DNA from: Antedon mediterranea
Taxonomy: Eukaryota; Animalia; Echinodermata
Length of the DNA: 64,000 nt
NCBI RefSeq assembly: GCF_964355755.1
Contig: NC_092673.1
Coordinates: 7,936,001 to 8,000,000 of the forward strand
Direction of reading: 5' to 3'
Shown: one piece after another, positions 23,701 to 38,700 of the stretch
Position numbering within the stretch: position 1 is the first letter of the stretch
Layout: each line of letters begins with the position of its first letter
Program-made: the position numbers and the translations under genes
The notes under the pieces: generated by a model
The model's database searches: none
What the model was told of the DNA's origin: nothing
The model's input: only the letters and a program-made list of their open reading frames with translations

Positions 23701-26700
23701 ATTTAATTGTGTAAGTTTGACTCTCCGAAGACGTAAAATACATACAATTATTTTGGCTAGCCCAAAAGTATATTGTTTCTATAATCTCTTGTTTTTGGTC
23801 CTTCAAATACCATACGCCACACATGTACACAGTGAAATGCACCTAGGATCGGGTCTGTAGGTTTAGATGCATGGTACTACTGTGTAGTGTTGTTGAGTGT
23901 GGTGTTTAGTAGGTTTTTTTAAAAAATTTAATATATTTTAAATACAATTTATAGCAGAAAAGTATTTGGTCCAAAGAAAGTAGTTCAAGAATTACAGTAC
24001 CTTACTGTAGCAAGTCCTGTTTGAAAGAGCTGACTGATACTACTGTACTGTATTCAATTTTGAACAAACATGTTCCCTTTTTTATTGTTATGATGTCATA
24101 TGAATTAATTAAATGTTTTTGTACATTGTTCAATGTTTAGATAGAATTACTTGTGACTAATTGAAGTCAGTTGATGAGATAGCATTGAGTTATTTTAAGT
24201 AGTGATGTGACAGATTTAGTAATGTTAAGTGCATACTGTACAGAGAGGGATTATACTATACATGTTGTTTATGAAAATATCATACATGATTTTGCAAAAA
24301 TGAATTGATATATACTAAAACGTGTACATGTGTGTGCATCAATTACATGTTTACTAATTTTGTTAAAATTATAATTAATATTTTTGGACTTATTGAGCGC
24401 ATGATGCGTTTTAAATATAAAAGGGTTTTCAATAACATAACAAAAAAATAGATGAACAAATTGAAACTGAAAGTCCACAAATGTGATTAATTATAATCAT
24501 AAATATTTACAATATTTTTGAGATTATATCTAAAAACAAAAATAAGACTATATATTATATGACCCTTTTATTATTTATTGCATTAAATGGAGCACATTCA
24601 TAAACATAACATCATGTGATATTGGATTGATTGTCAACTATATTTTTATAATAGAGATTTCATACATAGAAATTGCAGGGAAGATTTGCAATAGGTATGG
24701 AAAAAGTAATTGATAATAGCATTTACATACAGTTGTAGCAGCCTTTATCCTTTTTAATACATTAGTACTATTAATGGTAAAACCATTTACCGTATAGTAA
24801 GAAGAGAAACATATCCCTACTACTTAACAAAATATTACTGTTATGTTTTTCAGTACTAACTTGTCAAGACTTCCAGATGTAACCACTGGACCTGATTTCA
24901 ACATGTCAAATTTTGGCGAACACTTTTCAGAATCGAATGGCGGTCCAGGTAAGGAGGCTTATATTATTACTGCCCAGCAATGTTTGTTCCCTCTTTTAGA
25001 GAATTCTTCAATGAAACAAAACACAGTCTAGCATTCAAAAGTGGTTTTGTAACAAGACTGTTTTGGTCGGTACTTCATGTATTTTAATAGGTACATTGCA
25101 TTAATCTTCATACTTACAGTGGCTTGCTGTACCTGCAATTTTATTAAAAGAAAAAAATAACCTTAATTTTAAAATTGGATTAATATTGTACAGTAGTATA
25201 TGGAGATGATAATTTACTTTTAAAGTGTCTCTCAGTGCTGTTGAAAATTAAACTAAAAACGGGTATTTTGCCAGACACTGTGTAAGTGGAATTGTATAGG
25301 AAAATTAGGGAAGGTTATGGTTAGTTAATTCATGAATAATTAATGAAATATTTAAATGCTGTTGCTCTGTATGTATTTGCATTTATTGATAATGGATGAT
25401 CAAGGAAATGATAAAATGTATTATTTGTTTTAAAATGGTATTATATTTCTTTCTTTCTTTTGTATTGTAGGCTTTCAAAAAATTGGTAGTGGTCGGATAT
25501 CACCTGTAAGAGCACACACAATGAAAGACTATGAACAGGTACCTTACTATTACATTATTTTAATAAATGATACAAATTAGAATATTTGTGATAAAATAAA
25601 CACTTATGCTAGTGATAAAAAATTAACATTGACAGTGATAGTATGTTCTTGTTAGTGACATTCATTACTGTACCATGTAGCTGCTTGATTTTTCTGAGTG
25701 TGTGGGAGGGATTAGGGTTAACACTGCAAAATGAATCAAATATAATGTTCTTAAAGTCATCACCAGTTTTTTATATTTTTATCATCAGTCTCAGTCTTTA
25801 TTTCTTATAATAAATTTCTTAAAATAAACAAAGTTAAAAGATGCAAGGCCAAACCAATTCTAATTCATTTCCCATGGCATAATGTTTATGAGTTTTATTT
25901 AAATTTGACATTTAGAATTATAATTTCTTTTGTGGTGATTTGGTATTTTTTGTAAAATTGTACCATATTGGAACAACTTTGAAATCCTTCATTAATTTGT
26001 AAACAGATAAAAGGCAGAAAAAAGGCGGCAGCCACTGCACGCTTAAGAATGCGCAAAGCTGCTGGAGCATACGCAAAGCATTGTTGTTATACTGTCATTC
26101 TGTCCAGGCTTTATCGGCCGGTGCTCTAGTGACAAGATTGATTAGGCACTTACTTTTTTATCATGTCACTCAAAATCGTCAATATTAACAATAAATGACA
26201 GGAATCTATTTAGCTGTTAATTAACAACTATCTTCATTTTATACAGCAAATAGCCGAGCTAAAGAAAGAGAACTTCAGCCTCAAACTTAGGATCTACTTT
26301 ATGGAAGAACGCCTTCAACAAAATTTTAATGATGATGCAAAAACAGTTAAGTGATTATCAATAAAGCATTTGTTGTCGTTTTATAGTCTTGTGCATGCAC
26401 CTTAATTCAAAGAATACAAAATATAATATATATTGCTGTGCCAATCTGTTTTCCATTCAGATACATAAGACATTCCACCATTAAAAAGTTTGTTTTACTT
26501 GCATCAACCCTTTTATTATACTTATTACTCCCCCCATGCGAATTAGATAATAACCACATATTAAGATAGAGAAAAACCTAAATATATTCAACACACACAG
26601 TACAGTCCTTAAGCAGACCTCTTGTGTATGGGAAAAGTGACCCTCTTTGTCCGATGGAAGGCCAAACTTGTTATCAAGCTTATGTCCAACATTTGGTCGA

Positions 26701-29700
26701 AATATGCCTTATACAGATTTTTCATGAACATACTGTAGCATTTACATTCAGCAAAAATATCTAGAATTACAGTATGTAGAAATGCTATGTAAATATGTAA
26801 TTTATTGTCTAATTATTACTAACAAAGTCTTCTTGATAACAATCCTAAATATTTCAAAAGTAACTAAAATACTGGCTGATATTCTTGGTTAATATGCAGT
26901 TTTTCTGAAGATTCTGTGTTAAATTGATATTCTTGGTTAATATGCAGTTTTTCTGAAGATTCTGTGTTAAATTTACAATACAACACATGCTGTGAAGTGC
27001 AAATAATATTCAGTATTCATTTTATTTCCTTATGGGTAAATGATTTTAAAAAGTATGATAAATTGGGTTAGAATAGAATTAAAATTACAATATTCATCAC
27101 CCTTCTTACATATTAAAAGATAAGCGATACATGACAAAATTAGAGAATGTGGGAGGCCGTTATGTTAAACATAAAGTTGTAAATTTTATCAATGGCACCA
27201 AGTTTTTACATAACAGGTATCTTTATACATTAGTGCATTGGCCAGGTCATGTAATACCTTTACACCTCACCTGAGATAAGAAGTATTAAACCCCCATCAC
27301 GTATCATTTTCTACTGGCTACGTTTTAATTTCCTTAACCAATTGTAATTACCTGTCAAACCATGAATAATTTTATGCTTCAGAAATTTATAATAGTGTTG
27401 TTGTAATTTTATATTGTTACTTTTATTTTAGAATATTGAATTGAGAGTAGAAGTGGAAAGTTTGAAGAATGACTTAAGAGAAAAGCAGCAACTTCTTATT
27501 AAAGCCTCGTAAGTATATTTACAAGTAATGTGGATGTTGATTTTAATAAAAGACCACCTGGAATTAATCAGGTGTAGCCTTCATTACCATCTTAAAGTTG
27601 CTTTACCTAAAGGGGGCTAACCCTATTTTGTAGTCTGTGCTAGTGAAATATTATCTCTTATTGTAAAGTGATTTTAAGATGATGAGAGCCGGATTCAAAA
27701 CTTTTAACAAACAATTACTTTAAACTAGATCACTTGGTTAGTAAGTGTGTCGAGCAGTGTTATTTTTTTCTCTCGTTATTAGGCTATAGATCTGGTAATC
27801 ACAGGAGTTTCCATATCATTTTAAATGATCTCCCATAAAAGGTGCATTTTTTCTTAAATGCTGATATTCAAACAATGCATATTGCCTCAGAAAGCCCCAG
27901 TCTCGTATTTTCATATTGTAGTCCACCAATCTTATTAAAAATAATATTTTTCCCCCCAGAAATGCTGTAGAAAGTTTAGCACACGAAAAAGACTCTATAG
28001 TTGAAAAAATGACAAAAGAGAAGAAACAAGAAGCTCAGGTGAATGGTAACAAGTTGCATGAAGATTTAAGGCAAGCATTAGAAGAAGCTGAAACGTTAAA
28101 GTCAGCAAATGAGGAGCTTTGCAAGAAACTTGAGGAAGCTCAAAAGCTTCAACAACAGCTATCAGATAAGAACCTTCAAACACAATCTGCTCAGGTTAAT
28201 AATAAAGAAGCACTGGCTGAAAAAGACAGGTTAGGCATCCTGTTTTCTTTTCTTCAATCTAAAGCCTGTTATAATACACTAAGTAGATTCTTGTTATTTG
28301 ATTGGAGGACTGTGGGTCACATAATAAACAAATAATGGATGTTTATGAGTGAGATTGTAAGTAAGTAATTTCATGAGGTGGAAGATAAAATTCCATTTTC
28401 CATGGCAATGCCCGGGCCTATTTCACTGAATGAGATTTGTACCAGAATGAAATTATTTTGTACCATTGCATGAATGAAAAAGTATTAATTATTTGTTTAG
28501 AGAGATCGCATTGTGTGCGTCAATGCTTCCATTCGCACAGAACAGACAATGCTGCTTTTGGATTTCACACAGAGTATGATTAGTACGCGAGAAGATTTTC
28601 TGTACACAAAAAAAAAGTACTATTGCCTGATTGTTATATAGTACGTACTATTGCATGCCATGTGACACACAATCATCCAATCAAATTTATTTCAGTGTTA
28701 TATATTCACTACTTCTTTAAAACATATACATTATATGGCTGTTGCATTTAGTTATATGAATGCATGTTCATTGCTTTATCTTTTCTTTTTTACACAGGGT
28801 AATTGACCAATTAAACAATGCATTGAAAAACAAAGATGATGTTATTGATCAAATTAACAAAGAGAAATCTGAGGCACAAGCTGAGCTGAAACCAAGAGAA
28901 GATGAATTGAAAGAATTACAAGACAAACTAAAAGAAACTGAAGATGAACTGGAGGTAAGAAACTTGTTTTTTTGTTACATAGCCTATGTAAACGCGAATT
29001 GAAAAATTGACTACTGCTCTAAGGATAGTAAATGTTATAGATTCTCAGGACTGTTTATATTGATTGAATAATTTTTGTGTTCCTGTCTTTAAACAGTGAA
29101 ATCCAGTAAAACTTTGGGACTATATGAAATTTTATATTTCACCTCTAAGCAGGCAATATATGTGTAGTAGGTATGCTAGGTATTTTTTTTCAAAGTAATA
29201 CTTAATTACTGTAGTTATATCTTGGTTTATGGCAAATACAAATAATTATTAATCTATCTTCACATTTTATATTAGGCTCTACAGGATAACATGGAACGAG
29301 AACAATCTGATAAAGATGCCACCAAAACACATTATAAGGTATTGTATTTGATAATATAATAGTAACCCATGGATTCATATATCCTTTGATAATATGTCCT
29401 TTACAGATGCAGATTCCATATTTAGGCTTGATTCCCACTAGAGACGCAACACAAGGACGTAGCCGAAATGCGAACAAGTTGACCAATGAAAAGCGGCAGT
29501 TCAAATAACCTATCGCATGTGATTGGTCAAATCACTTCCTTATGTTGCATTTCTAGTGGAAACCAAGCAGTAGAAATTGTGTTCATCTTGTTTGGTTTAT
29601 GTGATAAAATAATAGGATAAAATGTTATAAAGAACAATTTTATTCTATAATACTAGTAATAATAATAATACATTACTTTAATAAATTCATCTGGTTCCAA

Positions 29701-32700
29701 TCAATATTATTTGTGACAAGTTGTCGAAGAAATGCCTTTTACGGTAAATATGTACGTTTATGTGGTTAACATAAATGTAAATAATCACAAATCAATTTGT
29801 ACATTTTTTTAAAGGAGCTATATCTTGAACAAGAGAAACGACTGCATGACTTAGAAACTGCAACTGAGGCCTTACAAGATAAATTAAAAGATAAAGATAA
29901 AGCTATAAAGGTATTAATTTTTACATTTTTGTTTAATTGTGTCTTTAAAAATAAATCAATTCTATTAATTTTAACTCAATATTATAAGAGAAATTACATA
30001 CCTGAATTAAAAATGTCTATTGTTTAAAATACTGAACTATAAGTGTAGTTCAAACAGTGGATTGAAATTGGTAAAGATCCGTCCTGTAGAACTGGTATCC
30101 TGTTCAGGATTGCCTCCAAAATTGAATAGAGTCTTCCATAGCCATATCTACTTGTAGTTTAAATGTGGTAAAGATCCGTCTTGTAGTTTTAACGTTATCC
30201 TGTTAACAAACAAATAAATATCACAGACAAAACTAACAGGCACTCAGAGAGCGCAAACCTCCACCAATGCCACATCAATAAATCAATATGAGGCATATGA
30301 AAATTGAATCACATGTTCCTTAGAGCTATGAAACCATCATTTAAAAACTTTTTAAATAATCCTGCTAAATAACATATATAGAAAAAAACACTCATTATCT
30401 CTCATCATTCTGGTGGAGGTAGTTAACAATTTTCAGAACTGTGTTTGTATATAATATTTACATAATTTTTATTATTATTATTTATAGGATATGCAAAATA
30501 AATTGAAGAAAGCTCAACAAGAAGTCAAGGTACAATAAATTATTGTTACTAGGCCAATTCAATTGATTATCTATAATTGAATACAATTCACAATTTTCTG
30601 CTAAATTAGATCATATTTAATTTGTATTGTGTAATAACTTTGCCAATAATATTTGTTATTGTTGCAAAAGACCTGATTTAAAGAACTAAGGGTGTGTAAA
30701 AAAAATGGCTTAATGATATACATAATAAACTAATTGATTTATTATGAATTTGTTATGATTTGAATTATACTTATAACTCATTCATAGCCACAATATACAC
30801 CAGCGAGCACATGACTTGCCACATACAGGATGTGAAATAAACTATGCTCTCTAAACTAAGTCTTGTGTTGAACATGGGAAACATCATATGGTCTCAACTT
30901 CCACAATCATAACTATTATTTATTGACACAAATTAACAATCTATTCACAACCTACTATATGATAGAGTCACCAACAATAAAGGGTTGCTTATCAGTTTGG
31001 ATTCAATCATACATACAGACCAGAAAACTGAAAATATAGAGGAATTTATATAACATAATAAAATAAAATTATCACCCAAAACCAGTCAACAGTGCCGGTA
31101 ATACCCATTTACTTAAGGAATTCACTATAGATGAGGATTCTATTTTATTTAAAGCTCTGTCACACTATCAAACTTTATGTGACAAAACAGTGTGATGTGC
31201 CCATATATAGACATGATGATGTCATATCACTACCTTATTTGACCATATCACTACCATATTTTGGCTTTTTTTTTTGTCAAGCTAGTTTGATAGTGTAGAA
31301 AGAGCTTTAGTTTACGTAATAATATGTGAATACATTCGGTGATATTACATATGTCATATAAAATTATTTGTAAAAATGTTTATGTTTGATTCAAAATTGA
31401 CAGGAGGCTAATGGTAAACTACGAGAGAATGAAAGGGAGTTACAAAAACAGGAGGGCAATGCTAATAAGCGAGATCGTGCCATCCAAGGCCTGACTGCAG
31501 CTGTTAAGGGCAAGGATGAAGAGGTACAAACAGGTTAACATCATCATTCGCGGTACTATATACGTACCATTTATTTGTATCAACAAAATAATACAGTATT
31601 TCTTTCACAAGAATATTTCTATAAACTTATTTGATACAAAACGGGTATGCAATGAGCCGAAGCTCTTAAACGCGTTACCCTATAATACAGATATCTAATT
31701 AGCAAATAAAACAATAAAAGTACAAATAGAAATAAAAAGTAAAAGTAACAAAAGTGAACTCTACATGAGTGAGTATTTATTTAAAATAGTTAAAATAGAA
31801 TACAACACCCCACAATCATTAACACTGTCATTATCAGTATAGATGTCATAATTATCATCATTAATTATGTCATCATTATTATTATCCCAACATCATGATC
31901 ACCAAATTATTTTTTCAATGTAAATAGTAAGTGTTGTTGAATTGTTTATTCTCTTCATGTTCATAATTATAGAAATCATAATTCATATTATTATAAGTCC
32001 TTATCTGTATTAATTTCACAATTGTCTATATCACGTTATTACAATTCTGCCATCATCCTTTTTTTCATCATAAAGATTGCATCATCATTGCTAATGTAAT
32101 TCATGATTTCTTTTTGTATTTGGGGACCCCAATAAAAATAAGTTTTTTTATTAAACTTTCTTGGGTTATCCTCAGTTCATTCAGTTAATATTGTTTTTCT
32201 TATTTAAAAAAATGTTTGTCTGTAAAATGTAATGAACTGAAATGAAATTAATGTCACATTGTAGGTCGTCATTAGTAATGTTGTCAAACATTACCACCCG
32301 CAGTCCATAATTATCATCACTATCAACATCATCACTATTTCATTTCTTCTACATTCAATATTTGTCCTGTCAATACATGGTTGAATCCTGTTTCCTGTTA
32401 ATATCCAACTACATGTAAACTATTGTGTCATTTTAGAAAATAAACCCCTCTGTCTCTTTTTCTTGACAAGCTTTCATTACTTCTATAACATAAATATTAT
32501 TGAAATTATAGATAAAACATCTGTGTGATCAAATTGAAGACCAAGAGGATGCCTTAGCAAAAGCAAGAGAAAAATTACACCAAGCAGAAAGATCAAGACA
32601 TGAGGTAGGTATGATGGGATAGAGGATCAAGTTAAGCACTGTCTACACTATCAAACTAGTTTGTATGAGTGTGATAATCCCGAATGTGGTAGTGATATGA

Positions 32701-35700
32701 CATGTCCATATATGGGCACATCACAGTTTTTTGTTTGATTGCGTAGACAGAGGTTTACAGAGGAAATAATCTTTTACATAGGCTCCATACATTGTAATGG
32801 AATAGTGATATTATGATGTAATTATTGATGTAAGTGTACTGAATATGCCACAACAAGCAAGCAACAAATTTGCAGTGCTGTAGCCATAAGAAATAAAGTG
32901 GTTCATTGATCGCAAGAAAAGAGAACAATCTCTGTGGTTTTTCAAAGGCCTCTGAGAAAATGAGGTCATGTTAAAACCTTACCAACCATACTGGCAGCTA
33001 CGGCCCTGTATGTATTTGTAATATTATAGTGTGAAACCCATCACCTCCAGATCACTAGCTTGGCATTCATACCTGCAGACCACTGAACTTGCACTGATGG
33101 CTAGGGTTAGATTCAATGTAAATGAGGGTACTGCACCAACAATAATGTGATGTACTTGTGATAGCATCCATCATTATTTAATTTGATTACATACATCAGA
33201 GTATCGATGGCCAACGAAGTACCATAGATGATTTAGAAACTAATATGGCTGAAATGCGTGGCAAACTACGAGCAAAAGATCTTGAGAACGAGAGACTTCA
33301 GAAAGCTTTGGGCAGACGACAGGATGAAATTGCTCGTCTACGAGAAGAACAAGGAAGTGGAGATTCACAGATGGATAATCTGTTGGCTAGTAAAGACAAA
33401 ACAATTCAGGTATGTAGAAATAATTTACTTTACTTAAGTGGTTTTGTTTTCTATTGTGTAATGCATGCTTCCCAACTCTGACATAATGAAGTAGTGTCTT
33501 ATTTTTGTCAGCACTTCTCCGCATTCAGTCTGCCATTTAAATAATACATGTGCGTATCATTCACAAACCATGCAGAAAGTATGCTCAGTGCACAATATGA
33601 TAAATAACCATCATAGCCACCAAACAATGCTCATTTGTCTTTCACAACGACAGGAGCTGAGATGGACCAAAGGTAACCCCTACTTTTACTAATGGTCAAG
33701 GAGAGCTTTGTACCTGTGGAGATATGGCATTTTTGTGATGGCCAGGCCTTAATTACTTGACCACTAGATAATGGATACATTATGTCACTATAAAGTTTAC
33801 TAATTCACTTAGGTAATTCAACAATTACTAACATTTTTGTTAACCAGTTTGTGTTAATGTTTTAGGATTTGAAAGACCAACTTCAAAATGCTAAAGATCA
33901 GATATCAGGAAGAGTTGGATTAACAGAGGAGCATTACCAAGATCTATTGGAAGATGCCCAGCAGCAACTACAGAACAAAGAGCACACAAATCAAAGATTG
34001 ACTGATGCTCTTCAGAAGAAAGATCAGGTCATTAAGGTCAGTAAAACTTGAATGTCATTTCATTGACTGCAAATTGAGTACATTTTTTTAAAAACATGTT
34101 TAGAATTTTGTTTTCTAATATTATCACGCTAATAACAACTATAATAGATGCTTTATTAATAATGAACTGTTGCTATTTGTTTATCATTTTTTAACATAGT
34201 GCTATTTTTGTTTTGAAATAAACTATTATGAGGATTAACATATTTAGATTTTATTATTACCTCAAATCCTACTAATTCCAGTATAGTAAAACATATTGAA
34301 GAGCAGTGAGATGGTTAATGTTACATGGTTGACTTGTTAGTAGCAACACAACTGTGACATTTCTGTGAAAATTAAATCATTTTATTTTAAGCATGATCCT
34401 GGAATTTGCAAAGTAACAATTTTTTAATGACACCACAAAGTGCCACTAATGCGACTACAGACACTACTCATGATATTTAAATTATTTTGATTTTATTATT
34501 TGTTTAAAGTAATAGTATTCATTTTACCTGTAATAGAATATGTGTAGCTAGCTTTGACTAACATGCGTTGTTACAATGTGTTTCTGTTTTTAGGAGTACG
34601 TGGACTTTGCCAAGTCTGCAAAATCATCTCCTCCAGTAAGTGTCTTTCAAAAACAATTATATCTAGAGGATTGTATAGAGTTTAAGCCTGGTTTCCATTA
34701 AAATCGCTACACGACAGAGCGTAGCGATTCTATGGAAACGCTAGAATTTATCGGGGATCTAGTAAGCGAGCGCTAAATATTCTTTGGTACGCGTATACGA
34801 TTCATCGCCGACAAAATCGGCAAAGTTGAACATGGTTGAACTTTGCCGATTTGACTGCGATGAATCGGGGAGCCTTCCCGATTGCGTCCGCGACATCTGC
34901 GCGTGTAGCGATTTTAATGGAAACGCTGTAACATTTGTTTTCCTATATATTTGTTTTCTAATAAAGATTTATTTTTGTTTAAATTGATTTGTTTTGTATA
35001 ATTTGATTTATATTGCACAGCTTTTAAAACTCTTTAAAGTAACTTTGATTTTCACATATTTTTAATTCATGTGTTTGTTCAGAAAGATGCCAATAACATT
35101 GTTTAACATGATCGCTCATAGATAGCCTTAGTGAGGCATGAACTAGAATTAGCAATGTAGTATTGTTTTTTTGCACAGAAGTAGCATGCTATACTGCATA
35201 GAAGTATTTTATAATGCGCATGTGAGATTATTTGATAGAACAAGTGTTCTTTGATAAGGACTTAAAACTGGAGGTCCAGTGCACACATCTGGCTCATGTG
35301 CACATTTAAAGAATCATGTGTTCATCATTAGGAAATGTAGGGGTTACCCCCGGTGTACTGGTCCGTCTCAGCCCCTGTTGTCCACGCAGGACTATTCCCC
35401 AGCATTTACTTTGCTCAGAGTCTAAAAAAGTGTATTATGTTTGAGTAGGGTCATGTAATTCTAGGGCCAATAAAACTGAGTTTTGGAAATGACTTTAACA
35501 GACAAGAATGCTGTCACTATAATAAGAAAATCGGGAGAATTTATTTAACAATTCTTTCTTGTACAATATTTTCAATGTTTTGTTTGTTTAACTTCAAACA
35601 AGTTTGTTTTATGCTTCGACTTAAGATAATTACTATAATATTCCAAATTGGTATTTTATTGTATAGGATGGAAAAGAAAGCAAAGATAAAACAGTAGACA

Positions 35701-38700
35701 AGTTGAAAGCAATTTTACAACAAAGGGACAAAGAATTAGAGGTAAACAAAATGTTCTTATTAAAATGTACTATTTATAGTATAATCGTGCATCTCTTAGG
35801 CTCTGTCTACACTATCAAACTTTATGTGACAACAAAATGTGATGTGCCCACTACCATATTTGGGCACATCACACTTCCATATTTCGCACTTTTCATGTCA
35901 AACTAGCTTTACAATAGAATATAAAAGTTTGTGAATAAAGATGTGTTTTATTAATACTACTATTACTATTCTCTAATACAGGATGCATTAGAAGATAAAT
36001 TTATAGCAGTACAAGCAAAGGAAGATGAGATTCGTCAAATACGGCAAGCATTGAGAGAACGAGTTAAGGAGTTGGAACGGTTAAACAACGACCTTCTACA
36101 TAGCAATGACAGAATTAATGTAAGTTGTACACAAATAATTCTACAGCATGATAATTATTATTACTGTGATTTCTAACTTTTTATTTCGTTTTCTATTTTT
36201 TCTATGTTCAATACAGAGACTGACAATGCATTTTGTCTTTTTTCAGGAACTTGAAAGTGAGGTAAAAGAAAAGGATGCTAAAACGAGACAACTGGCAAAC
36301 TCACTAAAGGCAAAGAATGATGCTATGAATGTAAGTTTGTAATATAAACATGTCAATTATAAGAGTATAATAGAATATATCTGGTAGTTCTTGATGCTGC
36401 GTTCATTAAAAAGTGCATTCATGTCGAAAACTGGGAAAAAACAACCCAAGGAAAAACCACACTGGGTGAAACCCTGTTGCTATGATTGCATAGACATATG
36501 TATCTAGTATGCCTCATGTTAAAAAGCAAAATTTGAAATCTGAAAACTGAATATAGTGCAAATCAGGAGGTTAAAAAAAACACACTGATAAAATATTACT
36601 TTAGGTCTAAAGAAATTGCAATAAATATTCCTGCTCCTTCCTGATCCGCCATTTCCCCACACTACTTATGCAAGGTTAGAAAGAAATTCTACTGAATGTG
36701 TTTTACAAATTAACCGGGAAATGCTAATTTCACAACTTTCAAAACATTTTTGATATTTGTGTTTTATTTTAGAATGCTGACGAAGTTCACCAACGTGCAA
36801 TTGCTGAAAAAGACAGTATTTTGCGCAAATTGCAACATGCCCTTGCTGATAAAGATAGGCTATCAGAAGAAATGAAGAGTTTAGGAAATGGGTCGCCAAG
36901 GGAAGATGAAACTAATGCCATCATAAAACAACTGAGTCAGAGACTAAAAAACAAAGACAAACTGATAGAGGTATGTATGGTTTGTTATTATTGTAATTTA
37001 AAAAGTCTGAAAAATTAGGAGGATATAAACCAGACTACTTCTTCAAGATCTTTTGTAACAACATGATTTTTGTGTTAAAAGTTGAATTGGTGAGTGCCTC
37101 TGATGTTATAACACTGACTTGATATGATGGTATCACCAAATCAATCAATCAATAAAGTCTTTTAGTATGGTAAAAATACAATTAAAACATCAGTGATCAA
37201 ATTGATGTAGTTTATTTCCTTAAGCCAGGAATAGATGATTACTACAAGTATTATCGCAAAACATTATGGTTTTCAACTTTATAGCCGCGTCATACTTACA
37301 ATAAGACGTTCTCTTGTAGGAAATGGTGGCAGAGAGAGCAGAAGCTGCTGAAGCAAACGAAAAAGCAACACGGGACCTGTTAGGCAGTCTGCAAGACAAA
37401 GACAGACAGATCAAAGCACTGCATGATCGCCATAATAAACTGATTGCAGATAAGAATGAAATCATCAAAGCATTACAAAGGGAGATTGCTAACAAAAATA
37501 TGGATATTCAGGTACAATTGGATTTATTTTATACTAGAACCTTTTACAGATGGATGTAAATTCCCACCCTTAAGTGTGTAAGCATACAAGATGGTCACTG
37601 TGGATAATAATTCATTCATTCATTTCTCTTTATTTCGAACGTCATATCCATAGAATTAACAAAATAAACAAAGTTACTAAAAAATCTGACAACATTTAGG
37701 TTGACTTAACTAAAAAAACAAAAGCTCATTCCATTTTTCTGTTTCGATTCAGCTAGAAAATTGTTACTTAATTCTTTGAATAAAGTTATAAAGTGAAATG
37801 AAACTTAATCATAACTTCAATATTTTTTATGATTTCTTTTTTGCATAGTCTGTGGAAGATACTTTGGCGCGCTCTCAACAAGATCAAAGTATTTTACTGG
37901 GTAAGATGCGTGCTGCTATGGCAGAGAAAGATAAAACTATTGAAAGGCTGGTGGAAAGTGGACAAGAGAAAGACAAACTCTTCCAAGATATGCAACGCTC
38001 TACACCACCTCCATCAGCTAGTCCAGACCTGAATGCGATGAAGAATGAGATTGGTCGATTGCGACGCGAGATCAAGGCAAGAGATGGTAGGAAAGAATAA
38101 TTATTTTTCCTAAAACATTGTCCAATAAAGACGTTTCATAGACAAAGAAATGAAAAAGCTTTGTCGTAATTTATTTTTAATGTACTGTCAACTTTCCATC
38201 TGATTTATATTTGTAGATAAATAAGTTTATAAATGAGAAATAGCAATCTCTATTAAAACAGTTTTCAAGAGCAACAGTATATAAAATTTGTCTTTGTTAC
38301 ACATCTTGCATGGAGATTTTTATCTGTAACTTCCAGTGCATTGAATGAAGCTGTGATAGTATAGACAGCCTATTTTATAATGCTATTTATTGTTTATTTA
38401 TAGCTGTTTTAAATGAGCTAAGAGCTAACTGTGTCAGTAAAGATCACTTGAAGGCGCTAGAGAATGACCTGGAAACCAAGAATGACCTGCTAGAGAAAGC
38501 AAGGTAAACAATATCAGTCAGATGTTTTGCTAACTCTGATTTAGTCAGTCTGAATACCCTTTAATTTGTTCTTATTTCAACAGTTTAGCCCAGTGTGTTA
38601 ACTGATTTTCAGGGACCCTCTTTACTAAAATTAAAATACATACATCATCACAACATACAATATATAAACATTAACTGATTGTTACTCATGGTTTATAAGC

